A stretch of 64,000 nucleotides of DNA from Octopus bimaculoides (GCF_001194135.2 NC_068987.1:72843288-72907287), one strand, 5' to 3'; counted from the first letter of the stretch, positions 23,605 through 37,670 are shown. Translations and numbers: made by a program. Notes: generated from the sequence alone by a model not told the origin.

Positions 23605-26321
23605 AGATATATTCCAGCCATTTTGTAGTGTGTAGTGGGTGCATATTTTGTGTCACCAGCACTAGTGAGGTTACCAAGCAGCTTGCAAAGCACAATAAAG
23701 AAAGGAAAAGGGAAAAAGCTGCTCCTGGTTGAGTAGGAAAGAGTTTCAAAGAGGAGGGAGGTAGCTTTATGTCAGGTGCTGAAAGGCTAAAGTGTGATAG
23801 AGTGACATGTACAGGTGTCTCTCTTGTCAAACAATCTTTGTCAATCAATAATTAATAAAATTTAATAAATAGCTACATAAAAGAATTTGTGACATTGATT
23901 TCACTATGTTTACAGCATGTGATGGTTGCATTCTACCAGTAACATTCAATGGAGCTGTAAGTTTGGGAGCTTCTGATTTCATATTTGTTACCAAAATATT
24001 AATGTCTGGGTGTATAATGGAATGGAACAGTATGTAAAATGACTGGGTGAATTATATGAAACATTTAAGGTTTTACTTTTCTGCCAACAAAGTGAAAAAT
24101 GATGGTATGCAATGAGCCACATTATTGTTTGTGGCTTGTGCTAGACATTATGCAATTATTCAAGATCTGGCAGATAATAGACTGGGTAAAATAACATCTG
24201 ATGTCAGCTCATGGAGAGAAACATTCACTCAGTCCCCAATAAAATTCATGGTGGCAGTTTTCGTTCTATTTTCAGGAAAAGAGAGATGATGAAACCATGC
24301 TTAGAAAATATGAGGAAAATGTTACTTCAGAGACAAACTCAGAAACTGACTGATGAGAAGGGTAATGAATGACAAAATTCAATAACAATTGTTCAGTGAT
24401 AGAACACTGAAGTTAGAAAATGCCCCTGAAATATATGTTTCAGTTGAGCAAGTCACAAATGTTCTGGAAATATTCAGGGTGTGCAAGACCTACCAAGGAA
24501 TGGATCTGAGAAGACTATTTATAGATTGCCAGGGAAATATGAATGGTGCCTCTATGGAAATACCAGCTATCTTACTGATAAGTATCCTTTTAAAAATGGG
24601 GAATGTTTTGGATGGAAGTGAATTGGACATACTCATAAGGTATAGACAAGATGTATGTAGGCAGTCTCGTGGGGAAAAGAAACACAACAGAAAAATTATT
24701 TTATATAATATGGACAAGAATGATGATTGTTTTGGTGGAGTAGATCCATGTATGAAGAAGTTGGAAATGTATACAATTAGTGTGTTACATACACAGCCTG
24801 TCTAACCCATGCCAGCATGGGACACGGATATTAAATGATGAAGATGATTATATCATGTACATTGAGTATACAAGTCAAATTGTTTGTAAATAACTGGACA
24901 GTATTTAGGTAGTTTCCCGAGCTTTCCAACTTGTCCAATATCTTTGCCTTCTTTTCTGCTGTACAAAGCTGACATTACCTTATGCCATTGTGTTTGGGCT
25001 GGATCTTTCAAGAATTCTTCATTCTATATTGTAAGCTGTGTTGAGCTCTCTCAGTTTCCAAATATAGTTGGCCAGTTGCATAGAAGCCTGCCTATCAAAG
25101 GACACATATTTATAAAATATTTCTTTGAATTTACTTTCAACCATATCTATGTATTGGATTTTCTCAGGTGATAAGCATACCGTAGTTGTGGTAACTTCAG
25201 CTTCATTTATAGTTGCATGCCTAGACTAAAGAACATATTCTAATTTTTCTATATTAACAGCTTGGAATACTGGAATACCATGTTTGGGTGGCTTGTTGAT
25301 GATTATTTTTTTAACACAAGTGCATAAGTGAACTGATGCAATGTTTACGAAAATTCATCACATTCAAGTGCGTATATGAATGTGTATGTGTGTGTGTGAG
25401 AGAGAGAGCAGGAGTGTGTTTGTGTGTGTGTGTGTGTGCAGACTTTGGGATATATTTATATATATGTGTGTGTGTATGCGTATATACACATACAAGCTTA
25501 TTTACATAAACACATACATACCTATCTACATTACACACATACACTCTCCACCATAAACACACACACACACATACATACAAGCCTATTTACATAGACACAT
25601 AACATATATACCTATCTACATTACACATTCACACACATACACTCTCCACCACAAACAAACACATACACACACACATTTATCAATGCCTTATGTAAATTTC
25701 ATATCCTGAACATTTATTTTGGTTTTCGACTTTGAGAAGAAAAATGCCAGTCATTAAACGAGGGTCAAAGATCTTTCTGGCAAAGTGAAATAACAATTGT
25801 GACTGAGTTAAAAGTGGATTTACGGGTTAGAATAGTATCTGTGACAGTCCTGCTAAATGATAACAACATACACACACGCACAGTATCTGTCATAGTCCTG
25901 CTAATAGGTTAGACATACACACTTGTGATCAATTGAGTTGTAGTTCATTCATTCAGTTTTTCTGACTCAATCAAGAATAAAACCTGTGAAAGTATAAGTG
26001 TGGGTGTGGACGGGGTGAGTATAAGAAGTATATCTGGTCTAATGGTAGATGAAAAGCTTGTTTAGTATATTGGTTTCAAATTTTGGCACAAGGCCAGCAA
26101 TTTTGGGGGAAAGAGTTAGTTAATTACATCAACCCCAGTGTTCAACTGGTACTTATTTTATCAATCCTGAAAGGATGAAAAAGAAAGTCGACATTGGCAG
26201 AATTTGAACTCAGAATGTAAGGGCAGATGAAATGCTTCTAAGCATTTTGCTCAGTGTGCTAATGATTCTGCCGGCTCGCTGCCTTAAAGCTTGTGTAGTA
26301 TATTGATAGGTAGGACATAAC

Positions 26322-26755
26322 TCTGGGGTATACAGTTAAAAGGGTATATATCTGGGGGTATGCAGTAAGACAGAATGTGTTTCTGGGACATAACTAGACA
26401 GGGTGTGTTTTTCGGGTATATAGCTGAGTTGAATATGAGTCAAGGGTTTAATAACTGAGCAGGGTGTATGTCTGATGTATATAGCTGGACAGAGTGTATG
26501 TCTAGGGTGTATAACTTAGACAAGATGTGTGTTTGAAGTATACAGCTAGATAGGGTGCATATTTGTGGTATATCACTGAACAGAATGCTTGTCTTAGGTA
26601 TATCACTGGGTAGGGTATGTGTCTGGGGTATATAGCTTTACAAAATGTATATCCAGGGTTGGGTGTGTGTCTGATGTGTAAAGCTACACAGGATGTGTGT
26701 CAGGGGTATATAGCTGATCAGGGTGTATACCTGGTGTATGTAGTTAGCCAGGGTG
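26322..26755. repeat. Degenerate ~30-bp minisatellite (GGGTATATAGCTAGACAGGGTGTGTGTCTG-like)
   Basis: About 14 diverged tandem units by eye. Confidence 0.75.
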
Positions 26756-26892
26756 TCTACACTATTTTTTGTTCTCTTCATTAAGGGTGTAATTTTAATG
26801 AATTAAAGTTTTGTGGGTATCACTGTATCATGTGTGCCAACATCAACCTATTTTTCATGCAGAAGGCATCTTCAGGTCATTTTCATACTTAC

Positions 26893-26982
26893 AAGGTTCT
26901 GGATGACTGCAGTATATCTAACTTCACTGTGGTATTCATGAATCAGAATATCAGGTGCATTTCCAACATTCCATGAGAATCC
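26893..26982 (-). CDS. EFCAB7: EFCAB7 coding exon 14: GFSWNVGNAPDILIHEYHSEVRYTAVIQNL
   Basis: atttaAG / GTAAGT, 90 bp, phase 0-0; aligns to recalled GDAKVMDGYENIIVHTYSCDTWITSVIENK. Confidence 0.85.
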
Positions 26983-27728
26983 CTTAAATTGGAATAAAAA
27001 GAAATAAAAAAAACAATAGATAGATGTGATTTGAGAGATTTCATTGCTATTTCTAATATGTTAAGTGACCACATAGATGATCCCTTCATTAGCGCTTGTC
27101 TCTTAACGCAGTTATTCTCAAATTGACAAATACCAACTCCTCCTGCTACAACCAAACACTTTTTGGAATGTGGTGGGGATCTCTTTAGAAGAAAATGAAA
27201 TTTGTATCCATTTATAAAAAAACAAACTTTGCTTCCATTTATATCAACATCATCATTATCATCATTTAATGTCTGTTTTCCATGCTGGTATGGGTTGGAC
27301 AGTTTGACAGGAGATGGCAAAGCCTGGAGCTGCTCCAAGTTTCATAGTCTGTTTTGGGTTGGTTTCTATGGCTGGGTGCCCTTCCTAATACCAACCACTT
27401 TACAGTGAGTATTGAGTGCTTTTTACATGGTATCAGCACCAGTGCTTTATATGTTGTACCATCATCAGTGCTTTTTACGTGGTACCATCACCAATGCTTT
27501 TTATGCAGCACCAGCACTTTTTAAACACACACACACACATGTATGAGATGGGCTTCAATAAGTTTCTTTGTAGCAGATCCACTCACAAGCTTTGGTCAAC
27601 TTGGGGCTATAATAGAAGACAGTTGTTCAGAGTGTTATGCATTGGAATCGAACCCATGACTACGTGGTTGTGGAGCAAACTTTTCAAACACAGCCAAGCC
27701 TGAAAAAAATGTTCTAATGATTTCTTAC

Positions 27729-27851
27729 CTTGTTGATAACAGATTCACATATAGCTTTTTCCAGATCAACTCCACCGCTTTCAACATTTAAAGCATCAAG
27801 AATAGCCTCTGGAGATTCCTCAAGAAACACATTCAGTTCAAATTGAAAAGC
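27729..27851 (-). CDS. EFCAB7: EFCAB7 coding exon 13: AFQFELNVFLEESPEAILDALNVESGGVDLEKAICESVINK
   Basis: ttttAG / GTAAGA, 123 bp; LEKAIC.SV motif. Confidence 0.9.
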
Positions 27852-29685
27852 CTAAAACCAGAAATAAAACAATGAAATCATATTTATTACAAGTAAAAAT
27901 ACAATTATTTTAAAACAAGTTGCAGTAGATGTTTATTAAAACCGCCACTGCTGCCACCACCACCACTGCCATCACCACCACCACTACCACCAGTCCTTTT
28001 TCCATGGTACCAAACAAAAATGTATCAATTCATTTACATTTTAATGAAAAATGTTCCACTACTGTGTCACTCAGCATCTCTTAATGCTGAACATGCCCTC
28101 ATGGGAGCCTAATTTCACAAGTGAGATTAAATACATGTGGACAGGATTCTGTATATTGACTTATCCTTTCTTTCTATAGTTGTTTTTGCAGTCAATCAAT
28201 TCCTGTCAGAACAGGCTATTTTAAATTAACAATTTCACACATATTCTGGCCTAGTTTCAAAAGTGTTGCAGTCCACAGATAGAAAACCTTGAGGTCAGTA
28301 TTTAACAATAGTTGTTCTTATTTCTTCTTTAATTGATGCAAATATTAAAACTTTCAGAACTATTTAACTCTCAATAATCAATAAAAGACAGTAGAAAATA
28401 AACTAAAATACTAAAAACAATAAACAAAAACAAAAGACGAATATAGCAGTGTGCTTGAAGCATTTGAGGAACAAATTGAAACAAACAGCATATTACAGAA
28501 AGCAATAGCAATGCAGATAGAATATTAAATATAACAAAATAAGAACAAATACATTGAAATGTTTCTTTAGAAATATTTAATTAGTTCTCATAGCCTCAAA
28601 CTTCTATTTCTTTAATCATATGATCATTTTCTTCTCATACACACAAATCTGACATAACAACAAAATGAACACAATTTCTCTCTCTCATTCTTTAAAGCTT
28701 TGAGACTAAATATATATTCCTAAGGTAACATCACAATATCTTTGTTATTGTGATTTTTAACATTTAACATCCTCAAAGGTGACAAGCTGGCAGAATCATT
28801 ACCCTGCTGGTAAAGATGCTTAACAGCATTTCTTCCAACTTTATATTCTGACTTCAAATGCTACTGGGGTTGAGTTTGCCTTTCATCCTTTTGGGGGTCA
28901 ATAAAATAACGTACAAGTTGAATACAGAAGTTCAAAATTCCCTGAAACTGCTGGCATTGAGCCAAAATTTGAAGCCAATATTCAATGTTTTCTTGGCATT
29001 GCTATTGCCTTCTATAATAAACTGATTTACTAAGAGAATTTTTTTAAATTTTACTCAGTAAGTCTTTTACTTTGTCCATTATTAGGTTATGGTCATTCTA
29101 ATGCATTGCCTTGAGAGTTTGGTCAAACAAATCAACCCCAGCACTTTTTTTTAAAAGTCTGGTACTTGTTCTATGAGTTTCTTTTGCTGAACTACTAAGT
29201 TACAAGGATGTAATCAAACCAACATTGGTTGTCAGGCAATGATCAAGGACAAACCTTAAAACAAAAGAAACACACACATGATAGGCTTTCATACAGTTTC
29301 CATTTCCCAAATTCACTCACACTATAGCCTGGGGCATTAGTAGAAGACATATGCCCAAGGTATAGCACAACGGGACCGAACCCTTAATCATATGGCTGCT
29401 AAGAAAGCTTTTTAACCTCATAGTTTTGCCTGCACCTGCTATTGAGAAATATTGATCAAAGAAAAAACATGTGTAATTCCTAGTTCCAGTGGTTTTTAAG
29501 ACACCAGGGCAGGGGACATTCAAGTAAGAAAACAAACTGCATAAAAACAAAGGGCCCAATGTTTTTGGTGCTTGGATATTTCAGAAAGGGAGAATAAAGT
29601 TAGTGATGTCCAATAAAAAATGAGACTGGCAGTTAGATAACATTAAGCCATCATTGTGGATCTATAAAAATGGATACAAACGTAC

Positions 29686-29834
29686 TTGGTCAAGAACTAA
29701 AGCTCGGTTCAATCCCATACTGTCAAGTGTGATCCATAAATCTTCAGCATCACCATTGTTGTCTTCAGCTTCCATTTCATGTAAATTAAGGAATCCTAAC
29801 TGTGTCAGTTCACCATCATCCAAGTCAAACCTTT
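29686..29834 (-). CDS. EFCAB7: EFCAB7 coding exon 12: (E)RFDLDDGELTQLGFLNLHEMEAEDNNGDAEDLWITLDSMGLNRALVLDQ
   Basis: cttgcAG / GTACGT, phase 1-0; strong match to recalled ELTRQGFMDLNLMEA.D..GD..DLWVTL.SMGYNKAL. Confidence 0.93.
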
Positions 29835-30064
29835 CTGCAAGACGAAGAGGAATAAAAATTTTATAAGGTTATAATTTTGCGGATTATTAACTTCATTTGG
29901 GGTGCAAGTGTGGCTGTGTGGTAAGAACTTTGCTCTCCAATGACATGGTTCTGGGTTCAGTCCCACACTATGACACCTTGAGCAAGTGTCTTCTATTATA
30001 GCCCTGAGCTGATCAATGCCTTGTGAATGGATTTGGGTAGTCAGAAACTGAAAGAAGTCTGTCC

Positions 30065-30129
<65 letters not shown>

Positions 30130-30147
30130 NNNNNNNNNNNNNNNNNN

Positions 30148-30182
<35 letters not shown>

Positions 30183-30195
30183 TGCATATGATTGT

Positions 30196-30234
<39 letters not shown>

Positions 30235-32584
30235 CGATGGCTGCCCCCTCGTTATTGAGTATGGTCATTGCACGAAGCTTAACTTAACGGTGCTGTGATC
30301 GAATGTGACTTTTTAGCCCAGTCAAAGATCTACAATGTCTTGCACAGAGTTGGCATCCAAAACCTTTACTGGCAATAGCTGGCTGTTGTTGTAATTGGGC
30401 TCCATGTACCTTTGCGTGTCGTTTAAGTCCTCCTGCTGAATCACACTCCCTTCCACATGCCCGACAGACATGATTAGTATGGTGTGTAGCATCATCACCA
30501 GCAGCTTGTATATGTATATGTATATATGTATGTATTTACACACACACATACATACATACATACATACATACTAAAGGCAATGAGCTAGCAGATTCATTAG
30601 ACCATCAGATAAAATGCTTTGGAGTATTTGTTTCAGTTCTCTACATTCTGAGTTCAATGTCCACCTTTCATCCTCTCAAGGTCAACAAAATAAAGTGCCA
30701 ATGCTGGTTTCATGTAAAAAAAAAAAGCACCCAGTACACTTTGTAAAGTGGTTGGCATTATGCAAGGCGTCCAGTCATAGAAACCATGTCAACACAGACA
30801 ACTGCACTTTGAGCAGCACTCTGGCTGACCAGCTCCTGTCAAACCGTCCAACACATACCAGCAGGGAAAACAGACGTTAAATGATGATGATGACGATGAA
30901 GATGATACAGTGAGATTGAACCTAGTGATCAAAGTGTCTCAAGAGAAATGTATCAAACACACAGCCACAAGTGAACCCCAAATGCTCTCCCTTTCTCTCT
31001 GCCCTTCTACTTCAATTAGTGGCAGGGGAAAGTGGAGAGTAACTGGGTGAGGCTAGAGCAGTTAGCATTTGCTTTGAATAGTTGCAGATTTGTGATTGAA
31101 GTTGAAACACTTTGGAGCAGCAAGGATTAACAAGAGAGCAAATATGACAGACAGGTTCTCTCATTAGCTGACATTATCACCAATATGTCAACAGCTATTA
31201 AGAGATGATGATGATGATTTTTTTTTTGTTGTTGTTGGTATCAGGAGACATTGTAGGCATACAGAGTGGTGGGAATGGTATGCGTATGTTTATGAGTGTG
31301 TGTATGACTATATATATACCCATACACATGCACACGTGTGTGTGTGTGTATACATACTATCTGTATATATAATCATCAATAAATTTATATCAAATATTGT
31401 ATGAGGTAAGTTTTCCAGCACAATTTCTGCAGTCAGACTGAGGAGATCTGTCTTTTTGCTCAGTTTGACTTGTCTGAATGTCTGAATAAGTGACTGAACA
31501 CTGTAGATATACCAGAGGAAAAGGGCCCTGGACTGACCTGAATAAACTTTTGCAGTCTACTAGAGAAGTACCTTATTGAGATCGTTGTTTAACAACTACA
31601 TGTTACAGTATATGTATATATATANNNNNNNNNNNNNNNNNNNNNNNNNNNNNNNNNNNNNNNNNNNNNNNNNNNNNNNNNNNNNNNNNNNNNNNNNNNN
31701 NNNNNNNNNNNNNNNNNNNNNNNNNNNNNNNNNNNNNNNNNNNNNNNNNNNNNNNNNNNNNNNNNNNNNNNNNNNNNNNNNNNNNNNNNNNNNNNNNNNN
31801 NNNNNNNNNNNNNNNNNNNNNNNNNNNNNNNNNNNNNNNNNNNNNNNNNNNNNNNNNNNNNNNNNNNNNNNNNNNNNNNNNNNNNNNNNNNNNNNNNNNN
31901 NNNNNNNNNNNNNNNNNNNNNNNNNNNNNNNNNNNNNNNNNNNNNNNNNNNNNNNNNNNNNNNNNNNNNNNNNNNNNNNNNNNNNNNNNNNNNNNNNNNN
32001 NNNNNNNNNNNNNNNNNNNNNNNNNNNNNNNNNNNNNNNNNNNNNNNNNNNNNNNNNNNNNNNNNNNNNNNNNNNNNNNNNNNNNNNNNNNNNNNNNNNN
32101 NNNNNNNNNNNNNNNNNNNNNNNNNNNNNNNNNNNNNNNNNNNNNNNNNNNNNNNNNNNNNNNNNNNNNNNNNNNNNNNNNNNNNNNNNNNNNNNNNNNN
32201 NNNNNNNNNNNNNNNNNNNNNNNNNNNNNNNNNNNNNNNNNNNNNNNNNNNNNNNNNNNNNNNNNNNNNNNNNNNNNNNNNNNNNNNNNNNNNNNNNNNN
32301 NNNNNNNNNNNNNNNNNNNNNNNNNNNNNNNNNNNNNNNNNNNNNNNNNNNNNNNNNNNNNNNNNNNNNNNNNNNNNNNNNNNNNNNNNNNNNNNNNNNN
32401 NNNNNNNNNNNNNNNNNNNNNNNNNNNNNNNNNNNNNNNNNNNNNNNNNNNNNNNNNNNNNNNNNNNNNNNNNNNNNNNNNNNNNNNNNNNNNNNNNNNN
32501 NNNNNNNNNNNNNNNNNNNNNNNNNNNNNNNNNNNNNNNNNNNNNNNNNNNNNNNNNNNNNNNNNNNNNNNNNNNNNNNNNNNN

Positions 32585-32795
32585 AGTTTTCCTGTTGTCC
32601 CATATCTTATATAGAGCCCTTCAGGACAATCTTTAAAAGCTATTTGAAAGACTATTGTGAAATATATAGCAAACAGTGAAGGAGCAGGAATATCACCTTG
32701 TTTTACACCATTTTCTACAGAAATTGGATCTGATAAGGTAACCCCAACATTAACTCTCACTTCCATCTTGTCATGAAATTGTCTAAGCATTAGCC
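32585..32795 (-). mobile_element. RTE LINE reverse-transcriptase fragment running into an N gap
   Basis: LRQFHDKM..RV...SDPISVENGVKQGDIPAPSLFAIYF...IRY.TTGK. Confidence 0.85.
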
Positions 32796-32887
32796 ATCCG
32801 GTTGCACCAGTCCTCAGTCAAATCGTCCAACCCATGCTAGCATGGAAAGCGGACGTTAAACGATGATGATGATGATGATGATATATA

Positions 32888-34644
32888 TAGGGTGTGATGG
32901 GTAAATCGTTGCTATTTTATATTTTAAATTTTGTGCATGCACATTGGTTGTTTTTGATTTTGTCCATTAATGTTGGAAGCTCCAATACGAACATTTCAGA
33001 GTGTTTGGTTGTCAATCTCAGGACAGTGCAGAAGATCCAGAAAGAGTTGGATGAGTCTAATGGTAATTATGAAGGTACAGCAGCTCAGAAAACTCACTCT
33101 TATTGTTCTGATAACAACAGAACTCCTGAATTTGTTGGTGAGATCCTGGCCATGATTGACAACAATCCCTCCAAGTCAATCAGGTCCGTTGCCAGGGAGA
33201 TGAGAGTGTCTGAGTTTCTTATAAGGCAGGCAGTGCATGAAGACATTCGATATTCCTCATACAAAATGAAGAAGGGCCAATTTTTATCCTAAGCCATCAA
33301 GGACAAGAGGAGGGACTGTGCTATGGAGGTTTTGAACAAACTCAAGCATCTAACTGAACAGGCTTTGGTTTTTCTCATCATCATCATCATCATCATCATC
33401 GTCGTCGTTTAACGTCCGCTTTCCATGCTAGCATGGGTTGGACGATTTGACTGAGGACTGGTGGACCAGGTGGTTACACCAGGCTCCAATCTGATTTGGC
33501 AGAGTTTCTACAGCTGGATGCCCTTCCTAACGCCAACCATTCCGAGAGTGTAGTGGGTGCTTTTACGTGCCACCAGCACAAAGGCCAGTCAAGCGGTACT
33601 GGCAACGGCCATGCTTGAAATGGTGTATTTTACATGCCACCTGCACAGGAGCCAGTCCATTGGCACTGGCAATGATCTCGCACGAATGTCTTACTGGCAA
33701 CGGCCACGCTCGAAATGGTGTATTTTACGTGTCACCTGCACAGGAGCCAGTCCATCGGCACTGGCAATGATCTCGCTTGAATGTCTTTTCATGTGCCACT
33801 GGCACAAGTGCCAGGAAGGCAACGTTGGTAACGATCACGCTGGTGCTATTTACGTGCCACCAGCACGGAAGCCAGACAGCTGCTCTGGCAATGATCATGC
33901 TCGGACGGTGCTCTTAGTGCTCCACTGGTACAGATGCCATCACGATATGAGAAAAATTTCTGCCAGGATCAGATGGTGAACACACAGAACAACTGTTGGC
34001 TTGCTGAGTGCTCAAGACATATACTGAGAGGGACAAATATCAAACATCCAGTCAACATCATGGTATTTGGAGTGATCACCAGTGATGGCAACATTATGCC
34101 TCCATTCATCTTCCCACACGGCCTCAGACTCAACACTGAAGCCTACATCAAGTGCCTGGAGGAGGTGGTGCTGCCATGGGTCAAGAGGGTGGTTGCTGGA
34201 AGACCTTATGTCTGGCAACAGGACTCTACACCATACCACACAAGCAAGAGAATCTAGTCATGGCTGTCAGACTATTTCTGCGACCACATCAACCCTAACA
34301 TCTGGCCACCTAACTCCCCAGACTGCAACTCCCTTGGTTATTATGTGTGGGGCACAGTTGAGTGAGAGACCAACAAAACTCCCCATAACACCAAAGATGA
34401 ACTGAAGGTAAGGATTGTGACAGCTTTCACCAACTTAAACAAGGAGACTGCCCAGAAGAGTTGCAGGAGATTCCTAAGTCATCTAGAGGCCGTGGTTGAA
34501 GCCAATGGCGATTTAATTGAATATATTTACTCGTTAGTATTTCAAGATATTTTTATGTAACTTTGGTAAATATATCTGCTTAAATGAGATGTTGGTGTGA
34601 TTCTCATTTTTGTGTAATTTAGATGATTTATTCACTGTACCCTG
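32888..34644 (+). mobile_element. maT (DD37D) transposon, near full length, interrupted by an RTE-tail element (~33365-33945)
   Basis: Termini GGGTGTGATGGGTAAATCG / GATTTATTCACTGTACCCTG|TA. WFFS|DEKNFCQDQ, VMVFGVITSDGNIMPPFIFP, WQQDS-x37-(D>G)YYVWG; in-frame stops present. Confidence 0.88.
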
Positions 34645-35834
34645 TATACAGCATATATAAAGGTGCATAAAATAAATATAAATAATTTATATAAAGTATA
34701 TTATATGATACACACCCAACACTCATACCCATCTTTGTCCCCCCCTCNNNNNNNNNNNNNNNNNNNNNNNNNNNNNNNNNNNNNNNNNNNNNNNNNNNNN
34801 NNNNNNNNNNNNNNNNNNNNNNNNNNNNNNNNNNNNNNNNNNNNNNNNNNNNNNNNNNNNNNNNNNNNNNNNNNNNNNNNNNNNNNNNNNNNNNNNNNNN
34901 NNNNNNNNNNNNNNNNNNNNNNNNNNNNNNNNNNNNNNNNNNNNNNNNNNNNNNNNNNNNNNNNNNNNNNNNNNNNNNNNNNNNNNNNNNNNNNNNNNNN
35001 NNNNNNNNNNNNNNNNNNNNNNNNNNNNNNNNNNNNNNNNNNNNNNNNNNNNNNNNNNNNNNNNNNNNNNNNNNNNNNGCGCGCGTGCGCGCATGTCAAT
35101 ACATATGTACTGAAATATAAATTTACACCTAGAGCATGCATATAAAGATGTTAACATATACAAAAACACCGGACTTCCACTTTTCCCCCTTCTCCAGTGA
35201 AATGCAAGGAGATATGGAGACATTTGACACAATGTACACAGATTCAAAGATATATATGTACATGAAAATTACATAAAAATAAAACTTTAGGCCACACTCA
35301 CATAGACATATTCATACACTTGCTCATTCACACAGACCTACACACAAACATACACACAGACACCCACTCACACACACATGCAAAGCTAGACATGCGTAGA
35401 TACACATACTCTCACTGCTCTCATTGTTTCTGTCTCTTTTTCTTTGTCCATCTCTATCTGCTCCTCTCTTTTTCTCACCCACAAATACTTACACACTTTT
35501 CATATGTGTGGGTAGATTCACAAACACACAAGCACACACACATACACGCACACACTCTTCATATGTGTGGGTAGATTCACAAACACACACGCACACATAT
35601 ACACGCACGCACTCACCAACACACACACACATGCAAACACACACACACACACACACATGCAAACACACACACACAAATGCACACACATTCTCGTTTTCTT
35701 TCATCTTGAAGTAGATGTAGATAAAATACATGTAAAAGCAATGATTTTGTATTTACTTATGGAGATTTTGGGGAAGTTGTTAAACTAGAAAATTGGGTTG
35801 AATTGGGATGGCATAGAAAACACTGCATAGTTGC

Positions 35835-36580
35835 TGAACATGTTTAGCTTGGAGGTAATGATGAAAAATATTGCAGGCTTACAACATGTTTAAACTGGAG
35901 GGGAGAAAATAATACATGCTTACACATATCTAGATTGGAGGAGAAAATAGTTCAGGTTTAAATGTTTAGATTACATGAGAAAATAGTGCAAGCTTACAGA
36001 AGTTTATTTTGGAGGAGAAAATGATAAATGCTTACATAAATTTAGATTAGAGGAGAATGCAGGCTTATGTGTTTAGATTACATGAGAAAATAATGCAGGT
36101 TTTCAGGTTTAGATGGTAGGAGAAAATAGTTCAAACTTATATGTTTAGATTGGAAGATAAAGTAGAGCAGTATTATGCATGTTTATACTGGAGGTGAAAG
36201 TAGCACAGGTTTACACATGTTTGGATTAGGGGAGAAAATAGTACAGGATTACATGTTTAGAGTGGAGTAGAAAACAGAGCAGATTTAATAAGTTTACATT
36301 GGAGGAGAAAGTAGTGCAGGCATGCAGATAATTAGACTGGCGGAGAAAATAGATTTGAGGAGTAAGCAGTACAAGCTTACATATGATTAAATTAAAGGAA
36401 AAAATAGTACAGGTTTACATGGGTTTAAAGGAGAAAATAATACATGCATATACATGTTTAGATTAGAGTAGAAAGTAGAGCAGGCTTACAGATATTGGAG
36501 GAAGAAATAGAGTAGATTTATATATTTGCATTGAAAGAGAAAATAGTGCAAGCTTTAAATATTTAGATTGGAGGGCAAAA
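35835..36580. repeat. ~36-bp minisatellite (ACATGTTTAGATTGGAGGAGAAAATAGTGCAGGCTT-like)
   Basis: About 20 diverged tandem units by eye. Confidence 0.85.
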
Positions 36581-37536
36581 TTTTGGAATAAGTCCTTTAC
36601 GTCATTGTATGTTGTAGGAGGTGAGTTGAATGGTTGTTGATAAGAAAGCCATCTTGTCATAGAATTCTGCCTCAGAAAACAAGTCAAAGTTGTGCCAGCA
36701 TAGAAAAATGGATATAAAATGTTGACAATGACAATGATAATGATAACAATACCACTAAAATGATGTAATGATCATGGTTGGAATGCTTTTGATAATAGGT
36801 CTGCTCAATCTCATATGACCTAGGGTTACAGAACAAGCTGTAGCCGATGTAGTTCTTACAGAAAAAAAAAACTGACATTGTATTTTAGAGAATAGCAATA
36901 ACATTGGTGTTTAATTTTGATCATTGCTGCAAAGATCAGTTCTTTACAAAGAATGAATGTTCTAGGATATCTTCTAATTAGACAAAGTGTGTGTGTGTGT
37001 GTGTGTATGTGCATGTGTGCATGCGTGTGTGTGTGTGTGTTCATAATACTTCTCATCCAGATGTGTTTGTTGACTGTAAACAAACATCAGCCTCACTACT
37101 AATACTGGTGATGCTATTTTCTTGCAGTTGATTGCAAAAGCATGCCTGGGCTTCTTGACATGTCTTGAAATGTTGCACAATCTTTGTAAACAAAAGACTC
37201 AGTTTTGAAATGGCATTGTTTATTGATAATTCACTGCATAATCATACCCAGGCTGTTCACTGTTTGGTAGACAATGGGGCTTAATACCTTGATTGGAAAC
37301 AGGTGAGGGTTGGCAACAGCAAGAGCATTTGGTTCTAGAAAATCTGTCACAATAATTTCTGCCAACTAAATTCACTTACAGAACAGACTTTGGCCAGCCT
37401 GAAGCTTGTCCAGTGTGGGACATAACCTGAAACTACATGGTTGTGAAGCAAATATCTCAATCAGGCCATGCCTGCACCTAATTCCCCAAGAACTTCTAAA
37501 GAATGCATCCAAGACAAAAATAAATGAAAGCCTTAC

Positions 37537-37670
37537 CTTCAACAATCTGCCACTCTTGAGCAGTTAACTGTTCTCCACTTGTACAATAATGGAAAAAACT
37601 AAGTTCTTTGCGACTGAGTTTGCCATTTTTGTCAAGGTCACATAAGTCAAATATTTTTTCCAGAGATTTC
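37537..37670 (-). CDS. EFCAB7: EFCAB7 coding exon 11 (EF-hand): KSLEKIFDLCDLDKNGKLSRKELSFFHYCTSGEQLTAQEWQIVE
   Basis: tctttAG / GTAAGG, phase 2-1; EF loop DLDKNGKLSRKE. Confidence 0.93.

Noticed and set aside
24389-24805. 138-aa plus-strand ORF
   Set aside because: No recognisable motif or supported exon structure; probably decayed repeat or chance. A tBLASTn search would settle it.
24975-25225. Candidate minus-strand exon with good-looking splice sites
   Set aside because: Stops in all frames over the full span, and EFCAB7 exons 14 and 15 join without it.
31576-32679. Long ORFs spanning N runs (also near 34700, 43900-45126 and 59191-60698)
   Set aside because: Artefacts of translating assembly gaps.
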